From Ranitomeya imitator (lineage: Eukaryota): a DNA stretch of 64,000 nucleotides. The notes beneath the pieces are model-generated. The model had not been told where the DNA came from and did no database searches. It was given only the letters and a program-made list of their open reading frames with translations. The stretch is from the NCBI RefSeq assembly GCF_032444005.1, contig NC_091283.1, forward strand, positions 765,266,001 through 765,330,000, written 5' to 3'. How positions within the stretch are numbered: the first letter of the stretch is position 1; each line of letters begins with the position of its first letter. Both the position numbers and the translations under genes were made by a program. Positions 38,401-51,687 of the stretch are shown piece after piece.

Positions 38401-41140
38401 GCCATTTTCCACTCGTCCCCCTCCTGAACCCTTATCAGATTGTAAGCCCCGAAGATCTAATTTGGAGAACCATTTGGCCCCTGATAACTGGATACACAAA
38501 TCTGGGATAAGGGGAAGAGGGTAGGCTATTTTGTTTAGTTCCCGAAAGTCGAGGCCGGGACGCAGACCGCCATCTTTTTTCTTAACAAAAAAAACCCGGC
38601 AGCCACAGGAGGAACGGAAGGCCGTATATGCCCCTTACTGAGGCTTTCCGCAATATACTTCTTCATGGCTAACTGCTCAAGACCAGACAAATTGAACAGA
38701 CGCGCTTTCAGTAACTTAGCCCCTGGGACTAACTCAATGGCACAATCAAAGGGTCTATGAAGCGGTAAAACCTCTGTCTCGCTTTCGGAAAACACATCCT
38801 CAAAGTCTTTCAGGTACTCCGTAATACCTTCCAGACCGACAGACGACACAGAGACAGATTTTACTGGTACAGATAATAATGCAGATTCACAACAATGGTT
38901 AATACAATTAGGACCCCATTGCACAATTTCCCTCATCTCCCTATTGATAGGGCATACCCAACACCAACCCAGCTGGTAAATTCTCCAAAACAAAACAACT
39001 TATTTTCTCAGTGTGATCAGAGCCCACTTTGAATGAGAAGACTTCCGAGACATAACGAATCCCTTCTTTGGTGAGGGGAGAAGAGTCAATGGCCACCACT
39101 TTAACAGGAGTCTGGACTCTAAAGGTACCGTCACACTTAGCGACGCTGCAGCGATACCGACAACGATCCGGATCGCTGCAGCGTCGCTGTTTGATCGCTG
39201 GAGAGCTGTCACACAGACCGCTCTCCAGCGACCAACGATCCCGAGGTCCCCGGTAACCAGGGTAAACATCGGGTAACTAAGCGCAGGGCCGCGCTTAGTA
39301 ACCCGATGTTTACCCTGGTTACCAGCGTAAAAAAACAAACAGTACATACTTACATTCAGCTGTCTGTCCCTTGCCGTCTGCTTCCTGCACTGACTGCTGG
39401 CCGTAAAGTGAAAGTGAAAGCAGAGCACAGCCACAGCGGTGAGTCACCACTGTGTGACTCACCGCTGTGCTGTGCTTTCACTTTCACTTTACGGCCAGCA
39501 GTCAGTGCAGGAAGCAGACGGCAAGGGACAGACAGCTGAATGTAAGTATGTACTGTTTGTTTTTTTACGCTGGTAGCCAGGGAAAACATCGGGTTACTAA
39601 GCGCGGCCCTGCGCTTAGTTACCCGATGTTTACCCTGGTTACCAGTGAAGACATCGCTGAATCGGTGTCACACACGCCGATTCAGCGATGTCTGCGGGGA
39701 GTCCAGCGACCAAATAAAGTTCTGGACTTTCTTCCCCGACCAGCGACATCACAGCAGGGGCCTGATCGCTGCTGCCTGTCACACTGGACGATATCGCTAG
39801 CGAGGACGCTGCAACGTCACGGATCGCTAGCGATATCGTCTAATGTGACGGTACCTTAACTGTCCCTATCTTGCATTGGGAAATGAGGGCTAACCAAGTT
39901 GATGGACGAACTGCAATCCACAAAAGCTGTAGAAAAAAAAGGAGAACCGTCCACTAAAGGTTCCACCTGCAGCAAAACTTTGAAACATGAGGACTAGTGT
40001 ACCTGAAGATCTGGATAGCCTCCTTGACTACTACCCAGACCGCTGCCTTGGATGATGAGGGGCAGGAGGGACAGTCCTTCCTCCAGCATCCTGATTCTCC
40101 ACAATAGAAGCACAACTGCTTCTCGCGGCGGCATCTTCTCTCTTTCTCCTTAAAGGTGATGGCGCCCACCTCCATAGCTTCAGGAGTAGGCCCCACCTCG
40201 CCTCCATTGGAGAACAATGGTGTTTCAAATTGCATAACACCCATAGTCTGTGATCCATACGAACCACTTGGGTCATGGCGTCTTCCAGGTAGTCCGGTAG
40301 AGGATGAAGTGCCAAGGCATCCTTTAGACATTCAGACAGGCCTCTATGAAACAAACCCCGGAGGGTGGCATCATCCCAAGAAACCTCAGCAGCCCAACAT
40401 CTGAATTCTGAACAAAACCACTCAGCCGAGTGTTTCCCCTGACAGACAGTCATCACCATGTCCTCAGCCAAGTGCACGCGATCAGGCTCATTATAAATGT
40501 GCCCTAGAGCCTCAAAAAATGCACCCACAGACACTCTCTTAAGGGCTGTAGAGGGGAGGGAAAACGCCCAGGCTTCCAGAGCCCCCCTAAGCAGAGACAT
40601 AACCACTCCCACCCTCTGATTCTCATCCCTAGAGGAGCGGGGTCTAAGGGAGAAAAATAGCTTACAGCCCTCCTTAAACACTCTGAATTCTTTTTTATTA
40701 CCAGAAAACGTATCGGGCAACTTGACCGGGGGTTCGGGAGAAACTAAAGCGACGTCCCTAGCCCCCGCCCCCTGAATCCCCGAGGCCAGAACCCCCTGAA
40801 CAGTATCCGCATCCTGCTGGTGTTACTGATCTAGGGCACGCTGCTCCAAGTTTAGCTTCTGCAGCATCTGAATCAGGTGTTTCACCTGCTCAGACAGAGC
40901 CTGCATTGGGTCCATACTACAGGGGGGGAAAGGTACTGGTCAGTTATAATGTGAGGAAACAGTGTGTGCAGTGCATACACACTAGAGAGAGAATGGACTG
41001 TACCGAAGAAGACTGTGCTTACCGTGCGCACATTCCAGACGGGGAGGGAAGGAGAGAGTAGCAGGCAGAAGCGGCGGTGTGAAGAGACACAGACAAAAAC
41101 CTGGCGGGTCACATGACCAGAGCGGGACGGTACTGAACTT
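35457..41140 (-). mobile_element. Chromodomain Gypsy (chromovirus, Tf1/sushi-type), decayed; 5' LTR truncated
   Basis: 3' LTR 35457-36082 preceded by PPT GAGAGGGGGGTAC; 5' LTR remnant 40950-~41140. gag ORF 40031-40720 with CFYCGESG zinc knuckle; RT YLDD (~38265); RNase H; integrase ORF 36773-37378; GPY/F (PKFIGPY) and chromodomain YLVNWKGYGPEDRSW in ORF 36148-36498. Confidence 0.92.
39123..39856. mobile_element. PIF/Harbinger fold-back MITE inserted in chromovirus pol
   Basis: AGGTACCGTCACA / TGTGACGGTACCT; TSD TAA; hairpin interior. Confidence 0.9.
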
Positions 41141-42609
41141 AAACCCGAACCCAGACCCCATTCAAATGAATAGGGCACTAGAGCATCAGGTATTTCCCAC
41201 ACCGTCATCTGTATGACAGTGCGAGAAACACCGGCTTACCACTGGTCAGAGGGCTGCGGTTCCCACGTTGTCATACAGATGACAGCGTGTGAACCAGCAG
41301 CTGTGACCAGCGGTAAAAAGGTTTCTGCCTATCACAGGCGTCAGCTGATGAGAGTACTACTCTCATCATCCTATACCTGGTCTCACTGATAGCAGTGAGA
41401 GCAGGTGTACGATGATGGAAGTATTCACCAGCCGGTGACTGTGCAATAAATAAATATTTTTTAAAAATGGCTTGGGATACCCTCTATTTTTGACAACCAG
41501 CCCAGGCAAAATCAACAGTGTGGGCTGCAGCTCCCAGCTGTCAGCTTTATCTTGGTTCGTTATGAAAAATAGAAGAGTTCCCACACAGCTTTTTTTTAAA
41601 TTATTTAAATAAATAATAAAAAAACTGCCTAGGGTCCCCCCATTTTTACAAGCAGCCACGCTAAAAGAGACAGCTGGGGGCTAGTATTATCACACTGATA
41701 AGGGGCCATGGATGTTCCCCGCAGCCTAAAAATAGCAGCCCGCAGCTGCCCCAGAAAAGGTGCATCTATTAGATGTGCCAATTCTGGTGCTTTGCCTGGC
41801 TCTTTCCACTTGCCCTGGTGCAGTGACACATGGGGTAATATTTGTTGGATTGATGTCAGCAGTCATCTTTGTAATGTCAGCTGACATCAAGCCCACAGGT
41901 TAGAGACGTCTATAAGATGTCCCTATTACTACACCCACAGTAAAATTGTAATAAAGACACAGCAAGAATAAAATCCTTTATTTGAAATAAAACTCCCCAC
42001 CCTCTTTTTTTCCCATTTGTTTTTCAAAAATTAAAAGTAATAAAACACCATATTCCTCAGCTGTTTGAGGAGAAGATAATCCATATCTGTCCCATGACGA
42101 TCTGCTTGGTTTGGAGAGCAGTCACATCAGTGATGTAACCGCTCTCCACGCCAGCCGAGTCACACTGAGCAGAGCATGAGAAGCGCTGCCTGCCTGTGAC
42201 CAGGGGTGACATCATTGAGGTTACCGCCAGTCTTAGGCACAGCTTATGATAGTGATTCTAAAATTATATATTTACGATATATTGTATTTATGTACTATTG
42301 ATGGCTCTGGTGTTATATTTATGTACTGATGGTGATTTTGGTTTCGTATTCATGTACTGATGAAGGTTCTAGTGATAAATATCAGAAGTACATGAATGCA
42401 GCATAAGAACAACCATCAATACATGAAGACTTGACAGACTTGACAAGAACCACCATCCGTACAGGAATATGACACCAGAAGCACGATCAGTTTTGCTGCA
42501 AGCTGTATTTGTCGCATAACAGACACAAAAACTATCATACGTATACCTTTATTTATAATGGGGTCTGTTTAGTTTCCATTAAATTATCCGTCAAATACTG
42601 GAGAACTTA

Positions 42610-44315
42610 CCGTATATACTCGAGTATAAGCCGAGATTTTCAGCCCAAATTTTTGGGCTGAAAGTGCCCCTCTCGGCTTATACTCGAGTCACGGTGGGTG
42701 GCAGGGTCGGCGGGTGAGAGGGAGAGGGCGCTGAGGCATACTTACCTAGTCCCGGCGATCCTGGCGCTCCCCCTGCCGTCCCACGGTCTTCGGGCGCTGC
42801 AGTTCTTCCCCTGTACAGCGGTCACGTGGGACCGCTCATTAGAAAAATAAATATGGACTCCACTCCCATAGGGGTGGAGCCGCATATTCATTTCTCTAGT
42901 CAGCGGTAATGGTGACCGCTGATAGAGGAAGAGGCTGCGGCACCGAAGACCAGCTGTCCGGGAGAAGGAGCAGGTAAGTATGTCATATTTACCTATCCCC
43001 GTTCCACACGCCGGGTGTCGCTCCATCTTCCCGGCGCCACTCCATCTTCCCGGCGTCTCTACACTCTGACTGTGCAGGTCAGAGGGCGCGATGATGCATA
43101 TAGTGTGCGCGCCGCCCTCTGCCTGATCAGTCAGTGCGGAGAGACGCCGGGACCGGACGCTGGGAGCTGCAAGCAAGAGAGGTGAGTATGGCATTTTTTT
43201 TTTTATTGCAGCAGCAGCAGCAATGGCAGAGCTTTCTATGGTACATCAATGGGGCAATAATGAACGGTGCAGAGCACTATATGGCACAGCTATGGGGCAA
43301 TAATGAACGGTGCAGAGCACTATATGGCAGAGCTATGGGACAAAAATGAACGGTGCAGAGCACTATATGGCACAGCTATGGGGCAATAATGAACGGTGCA
43401 GAGCACTATATGGCAGAGCTATGGGACAAAAATGAACGGTGCAGAGCACTATATGGCACAGCTATGGGGCAATAATGAACGGTGCAGAGCACTATATGGC
43501 AGAGCTATGGGACAAAAATGAACAGTGCAGAGCACTATATGGCAGAGCTATGGGACAAAAATGAACGGCGCAGAGCACTATATGGCACAGCTGTGGGACA
43601 AAAATGAACGGTGCAGAGGACTATATAGCACAGCTATGGGACAAAAATGAACGGCGCAGAGCACTATATGGCACAGCTGTGGGGCAAAAATGAACGGTGC
43701 AGAGCACTATATGGCACAGCTATGGGACAAAAATGAACGGTGCAGAGTACTATATGGCACAGCTATGGGACAAAAATGAACGGTGCAGGGCACTATATGG
43801 CACAGCTATGGGGCAATAATGAACGGTGCAGAGCACTATATGGCACAGCTATGGGACAAAAATGAACGGTGCAGAGCACTATATGGCACAGCTATGGGGC
43901 AATAATGAACGGTGCAGAGCACTATATGGCACAGCTATGGGGCAATAATGAACGGTGCAGAGCATTGTATATGGGGCACAGCTTTATATGGAGCATCTAT
44001 GGGGCAATAATGAACTGTATGGAGCATTATATGTGGCACATTTTTATATAGAGCATCTTATGGGCCCATCATGAACTGTTTGGAGCATTATATGGGGCTC
44101 CTGATTCAATATGGATATTCAAAAACACTTAACCTACTGATGTCTCAATTAATTTTACTTTTATTGGTATCTAATTTTATTTTTGACATTAACCGGTAGC
44201 TGCTGCATTTTCCACCCTAGGCTTATACTCGAGTCAATAAGTTTTCCCAGTTTTTTGTGGCAAAATTGGGGGTGTCGGCTTATACTCGGGTCGGCTTATA
44301 CTCGAGTATATACGG
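42610..44315. mobile_element. pogo/Tigger-type MITE, same family as 34629-35305 in opposite orientation
   Basis: TA|CCGTATATACTCGAGTATAAGCC..GGCTTATACTCGAGTATATACGG|TA. Confidence 0.85.
43258..43970. repeat. 43-bp minisatellite, ~16-17 copies, two interleaved variants
   Basis: atgaacggtgcagagcactatatggcacagctatggggcaata versus ..ggcagagctatgggacaaaa variant. Confidence 0.95.
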
Positions 44316-47300
44316 TAATTGAAACTAAACAGTCCCCATTATAGTTAAGCAATATTAGTTGGCATGACTATTCTTGGGTCTGACTTTAAAAATATAGGAT
44401 GTCAAGCATGAAAATCGCTATTTGTCCCTTATTTTGTGTAAATGGTCTGCAAACAATGAATGAATCTATACCCAACTTTAAAATTGCACTCCCTGTTGAT
44501 CCTCACCCCTAAAGTACATCACTTTGTTTTGTACTTTAGCTGGTATTTTTGGTTGAAGAAGTAACAATTCTACAATTGTAGTGGAAGAGGTTGCCTGAAC
44601 TTGTTGCCCAACACCTTTCAGAGAGGGATAGTGGTGTGCTAGGCAATGTGCCCACGATCAACATCTCTGTAAGAGAAATTGATATGCTGCGGATCTGAAA
44701 GACGCGCCAGTCAGTCTCTGCAGGTGATCTGCAGGTGCACATAAACGCACAGTGGACGTGGGATTTCTAGAAATCCCATCCACTATGCTGTAACATCTGG
44801 CCGCTGCATTTTTGATGCTGCATAAATCGCGTTAGGAATCTTACTACATTTAGCCTGTAACCATTCCTTTGTTGCAGTGGAGGGGGCAATCGGCTGATTT
44901 TACTTTAGCTACTCTAACTGTTGGTGACCCCTCTGTGCTTCAGCTCCGCTGCTACATTTATCTCTTTTTATTCCCTACTAAAAGTTTCTGACTGTATATA
45001 AATGCTCTGCTGGACTACATTGTCTCCTGACTACCCCAGTATTGACCACAGCTAGCCTTGTAGCTAAGATTCTGCTCTTCCTTTTTGTGTTCTATATGCC
45101 ATTGCAATGATCCACACTGCTTCTTTATGTTTCTGGTTTCAGCATCCAGGGAATATATATGAATCTGTGATCAGGTTTTTGCCACCTAATCTGAGAGCAG
45201 CAAGAGACAGGGACCGAGACCCTGATTCCCGCGGTTCACTTCCTCGGCTGTTTACTGCAGTTTTGATAAAATTACTGATTTATCAGCAGGATATTATCTC
45301 TAGGGGACTAGTAAACCTACTGCTACTTAGTCCTCCATATTCATCAGCTCTGTGTACCCTGCCCCCACCACTAATTTGCAGCTTTCTGCCTATGAACAGT
45401 GTACACAGAAAGCTGACAGTGATATATACAGGGTTCATCATTCAGAGAACGGGAAGTTCTGTGGTAAACAAAAGTGATTTTAGCAAAACTACAGCAATCA
45501 GCCCAAGTGATATGTTGCTGTAATCAGTGTCTCTGCCCTTACATCATGCTGCTCTCAGATGGGTTAGCAAAAAACCTTGTGACAGATTCCATTTAATTGA
45601 GTACTAGACAACCGACACATACTGCCATCTTGGGGCAAACTGAGACGCCAGACCATAAACAAAGGCATCTGAAGAGAAGTTACTACAGGTGACCTATATC
45701 GTTCTTTCTCTGGACGTTATATTACATTACATTATGGCCAAATTAGCTCTTTAATAAAAACCCAAGTCCTGCTATTTACCATGATATCCGGAAAGCAGCA
45801 ATGCCGTATTTCTCATTAGTAAATTACATAGGGAATTGACACAATCGACATGATAAAGTTTGTTCTTTTTTGCTAATTTTACTTCTTCACTCTAGAAGTC
45901 AGAGGCCATAATGTCTGAATGTTATCAGCTCATGAATCCACGGCTTTGTAAAATGAATTTACAACCTGCACTCCGATTTATACCTCCTTTATCAAACACC
46001 ATACGCACATAATACGTGTGTGCAACCTGTATCTCAAACAACACATGAGGGGCGCAGCCGGGAAACAAAACCGCCATTCATTGTCTTGTTCCAAAGCTTT
46101 TCTTTGAGGGATTGTTATCATTCAGAAGCAGAGTTCTCTAAAAGCCATCAGCTATATGCAGGGAATAATGGCCTTCTTTATCTGGGATACAACAGCCCTG
46201 AGTACACCAAAATAATGCTGAAGTCACATTTACATATTGGGGCCGAAGATGGAAAACAAGACGTAATTCTACATCCAGGTGATAGTAATCCTGTTACTAT
46301 GGCATTCTGTTATTAATGAAATGACATATTTCTCACTGGGATGTTTATTGAAGAATTTGGAGATTAGCGCACTCGTCAGACAAACAGGACTGTCACCTAC
46401 AACAGCAGATTGAATATGTACCTGCTTCCATTTAAGACTTACACTTATACGGTTTATGAACATGGCGGTATTGGGACATATTCACATGTAACAAAGTTGT
46501 TGCAGAAATTTCTGTGACTGTCTGTTTAAAGGGAATCTGTGAGCAGGATTTCACCCCAGTAGTGTATCATCCATATGTTTCGTCAAACTCAATCTGACAG
46601 GTGCCCCGCCCCTATCAAAGTGTATCAAAGTGTGTAACCCCTCCCCTCCCCTTGTCTGACAGCTAGTAGCCAGCTGTCCCTCCTTGTTTGATTTCCCCTT
46701 TTGATATAGTTTTATATAGTTTTATATTAGCTTTTTGATAATCCCCCTATTAGATGGCTGTGGTATATAATTATATCCTAGGATCTGTACGATTACATAC
46801 TGCATTCGGTAATCAGGGCAGTGTGTTTTATTCATGTTTTTATAACACACCATGTTTGATTTTGGTAATTTGATTCTGGGATAACACATGTTTATAATTA
46901 TATCCTAGTCGTGTATTTATTTTACACGTGGTTTATAACACCTTTCTCATTATATGGGCACATTATGTATGTGGCCATATTACAACACACGCAAGTAAGA
47001 AGCGGTGTGTTTTATTGGCTGGCTTCCCCTTTTGATATAGTTTGATATAGTTTGATATAGTTTTTATGCTTATAATGCATATTTATTTACATGGTTTACT
47101 GATAGTACTATACTGCTACGGGCTTATTTTTGTACAAATCCAGGCTGTTTGCTGATCCCCTTTTTGTATTCGCTTTCTCTTTGTGCCTGTAGATGTTATC
47201 TGAGGGTCATTTGCCCGGAGGTGTTATGGGGGTTTTTGCTTATAATGCATATTTATTTACATGGTTTACTGATAGTACTATACTGCTACTGGCTTATTTT

Positions 47301-47605
47301 TGTACAAATCCATGCTGTTTGGTGATCCCCTTTTTGTATTCGCTTTCTCTTTGTGCCTGTAGGTGTTATCTGAGGGTCATTTGCCCGGAGGTGTTATGGT
47401 ATATAATTATATCCTAGGGTCTGTACGATGTTTATATTAGCTTTTTGATAATCCCCTATTAGATGGCACCGTTATAAAATTATATCCTAGTTGTTTGTGA
47501 GCTTGGTGCTGAGCTTGGTGCTGTAACACACCATGGCGTCTTATATATTTTATATCCTAGTCGTGTATTTATTGACACGATATTGTAAAAATTTAAAAAA
47601 ATATT

Positions 47606-48088
47606 TTATTGTTGAAAAATAAATACATCTCAAAGACATTTCAATACTATAAAAATTCTTACAGAATATAAAAAGTAAAAACATTAAATAGTACAATGAA
47701 CATACATCATTACACATCTTACAAAATAATTAATATAGCGTTACAAGGCAAGTACAGCATTTATCCTTATTGTTGAAAATAAATACATCTCAAAGACATT
47801 TCAATACTATAAAAATTCTTACAGAATATAAAAAGTAAAAACATTAAATAGTACAATGAACATACATCATTACACATCTTACAAAATAATTAATATAGCG
47901 TTACAAGGCAAGTACAGCATTTAGCCTTATTGTTGAAAAATAAATACATCTCAAAGACATTTCAATACTATAAAAAATTCTTACAGAATATAAAAAGTAA
48001 AAACATTAAATAGTACAATGAACATACATCATTACGCTTCTTACAAAATAATTAATATAGCGTTACAAGGTAAGTACAGCATTTATCC
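47606..48088. repeat. AT-rich ~160-bp tandem repeat x3 (mirror copy ~56039-56520)
   Basis: Units start at 47606, 47767 and 47927 (ttattgttgaaaa..). Confidence 0.9.
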
Positions 48089-50954
48089 AGCTGTCACATC
48101 CCCCTCCGACAAAAACAGACGGGCATTTTACACAAGCAGGAAAAAAGGAAACAAGTTACCCACACTTAGCAAATTAGCCACAAGCAGGAAGATAAAAAAG
48201 TACGGGCATATGTTGCATAATTTTAGCACATTTCCTGTGCCACAGTATATTTTTTCATGTGCAGCTTTATTAGTCATTTAGGACTTATTTATGTTATCAT
48301 GTTTTTGCACTTTATTAATATGCGGTCCATATAGGTCAGTGAGATAGATATCTGTATGTGTGCCTGTTTTCCCCTTTGCACCTTGTGTACAGGCAATGGC
48401 CATATTATAGGCATTGTGGGTATTCGCTTTCTCTTTGTGCCTGTAGGTGTTATCTGAGGGTCATTTGCCCGGAGGTGTTATGGGGTTTTTTGCTTATAAT
48501 GCATATTTATTTACATGGTTTACTGATAGTACTATACTGCTACTGGCTTATTTTTAGGTGGGCATTACTGGCGGATTCAATCGCCTGTTTGAATTTAGGT
48601 ACTGCTACCAGTGTGTGCGTACTGCATTATATGCCATATATCTATAGGGCATTACCACTGAGTTCAGGAACCCATGTCGGCACTCTGTATGCCTTCAGCG
48701 CATTTTGTATATCTTAGCAGTTTATATACTCAGTTAGTGCGGCTTATTTATGTGTACTGCGTTACGTGCCATCTATCTATGGGGGCCTAGTTTAGTACTG
48801 GCATATGCTGCATAATTGTAGCACATTTCCTGTACCACAGTATATTTATTCATGTGCAGCTTTATTAGTCATTTAGGACTTATTTATGTTATCATGTTTT
48901 TGCACTTTATTAATATGTTGTCCATATAGGTCAGTGAGATATATATCTGTATGTGTGCCTGTATTCCCCTTTTCACCTTGTGTACAGGCACTGGACATAT
49001 TATAGGCATTGTGGGTATTCGCTTTCTCTTTGTGCCTGTAGGTGTTATCTGAGGGTCATTTACCCGGAGGTGTTATGGGGGGGGGGGTTTGCTTATAATG
49101 CATATTTATTTACATGGTTTACTGATAGTACTATACTGCTACGGGCTTATTTTTGTACAAATCCATGCTGTTTGGTGATCCCCTTTTTGTATGGCCTCTG
49201 CTTTTTCTTGTTTTTTGTGTAAAAATCTCTGGCAGACAGGCACAACTGTATCTCTACAAGACATGCTGGACACACCAGAGACATTGGAAATTGGGGTTTA
49301 TAATGCCGAATTCAGAAAATACCCATTTTATATTGAATGACTAATGATTTCTATAGGCATACTTTACTATGAAATTATGCATAAAAATCTTCTTGGTTAG
49401 CCCAAAACCCGTAAGAAACATACGTATAACTTTTAGCTCGACCACATCAGCATATATTATTCCAGTTTTTTGTTGAATTAAAAATTATACAGTTATTTCA
49501 TATTTTTGGGGCTTACTTCCAGGAGAAATTATTGATAGAAACCCAAAGTTTTGATACGTGTATGAAAATACACCAATATTAACTTTTTGGCCTATTTTTG
49601 GCTCAAATTTGGTCTATATGTATAACAGACCGGAGTGGGGCGAAGAAATATGTGGTACATGCGTAGTGAATTGCAAGCATATTCTGCAGTGTATGGCATT
49701 TTGAGAAATGTATAGCATAACCAATTACCTATCACGGCCACTAGATGGCAGAATAGCATATTAATTATACATTGGGGTTTACTTTTGGAAACTTACAAAT
49801 TCATTGGAAATTTTTAAGCCATTATTGCTTAGGCAAATTCATTGGAAATTATAAATTTATTATACTAACTACAGGCACGCATATTGATAAAACTTTACTT
49901 CAGCCTCAATGACCCATGTAATTTTTTTGTTGAATTAAAAATTATACAGTTATTTCATATTTTTTTGGGGCTTACTTCCAGGAGAAATTATTGATAGAAA
50001 CCCAAAGTTTTGATAAGTGTATGAAAATACACCAATATTAACTATTTGTGCTATTTTAGGCTCAAATTTGGTCTATATGCATAACAGTCAGGAGTTGGGT
50101 CGAAGAAATATGTGTTACATGCGTGATGAATTGCAAATATATTCTGAAGTGTTTGGCATTTTGAGAAATGTGTAGCATAACTAATTACCTATCACGGCCA
50201 CTAGATGGCAGAATATCATATTAATTATACATTGGGGTTTACTTTTGGAAACTTACAAAGGCGGTGTGTATGTGCACAGGTATGACTTATTTTGTTTTTA
50301 TAATCACTAGTATTCATATTAATAGTTACTTTTAACCAGCCTTTTAGAGTGTCTAGTAGTTTTATATTCTTTGTCTGATATATTTCTACACAAAGCTTCA
50401 AAACTATTTTGTGCTTTATAATGTATCACAGTAGTTTCATGTGAAGTTACATCTTAGGCGCTGTTCAGACTATTGTAATATCTGTAGCTTAAAATAGAGC
50501 CAAATAGCTACTTTCAAACCCGGACATACACCATTGATTTTCTTCACAAATGGATCCAATATACACTATATCTCCTTCCTCTCTCTCTCTCTCTCTCTCT
50601 ATATATATGTAGTTTGTAACATTCTGGTTCAAATACAGACGGCAGGCATCCTATTTACACTGCACTTCATAAAATCTTTCGTTTGATAGGTTATTCTGTA
50701 TTTCTAAAGCGCAACTCTGTGTCGATAAGCGAGTAATTCTAAAAGCACAGTCAAACATATGTATCACAGTTTATTTTTCTGCGTTATGGTTTAAAGTTAT
50801 AATCATTTTAATAATAATTTTCTCATTAGATATGGGACTTGCACTATTTATTTGCTTAGGCTAGATAATTTACAGTTTAACAATACATTTTATCACAAAA
50901 AATGACCTTATCTGGGGACCTAGAAATAACCTAGCAGCATTAGTAATCCCCTTA

Positions 50955-51687
50955 AGGTACCTTCACACATAACGATATTGTTAACGATATCGTTGCTTTT
51001 TGTGACGTAGCAACGATATCGTTAATAAAATCGTTACGTGTGACAGCGACCAACGATCAGGCCCCTGCTGGGAGATCGTTGGTCGCTGAATAAAGTCCAG
51101 AACTTTATTTCGTCGCTGGACTCCCTGCTGACATCGCTGGATCGGCGTGTGTGACACCGATCCAGCAATGTCTTCACTGGTAACCAGGGTAAACATCGGG
51201 TAACTAAGCGCAGGGCCGCGCTTAGTAACCCAATGTTTACCCTGGTTACCATCCTAAAAGTAAAAAAAACAAACAGTACATACTTACCTACCGCTGTCTG
51301 TCCCCGGCGCTGTGCTCTGCTCTCCTCCTGCACTGGCTGTGAGCGTCGGTCAGCCGGAAAGCAGAGCGGTGACGTCACTGCTCTGCTTTCCGGCCGCTGT
51401 GCTCACAGCCAGTGCAGGAGGAGTGCAGAGCACAGCGCTGGAGGACAGACAGCGGTAGGTAAGTATGTACTGTTTGTTTTTTTTACTTTTAGGATGGTAA
51501 CCAGGGTAAACATTGGGTTACTAAGCGCGGCCCTGCGCTTAGTTACCCGATGTTTACCCTGGTTACCGGCATCGTTGGTCGCTGGAGAGCTGTCTGTGTG
51601 ACAGCTCTCCAGCGACCAAACAGCGACGCTGCAGTGATCCGGATCGTTGTCGGTATCGCTGCAGCGTCGCTTAATGTGAAGGGGCCT
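50955..51687. mobile_element. PIF/Harbinger fold-back MITE present only in the left arm
   Basis: AGGTACCTTCACA / TGTGAAGGGGCCT; TSD TTA; the right arm (~53140-53155) shows the empty site ATCCCCTTACTTTT. Confidence 0.92.

Noticed and set aside
43258-43970. Regular 43-bp array resembling a CRISPR
   Set aside because: Units are head-to-tail with no unique spacers, lie inside a MITE, and there are no cas genes; this is a eukaryotic minisatellite.
46020-46316. 98-aa ORF in non-repetitive-looking DNA
   Set aside because: No recognisable homology or splice context; length is within chance expectation.
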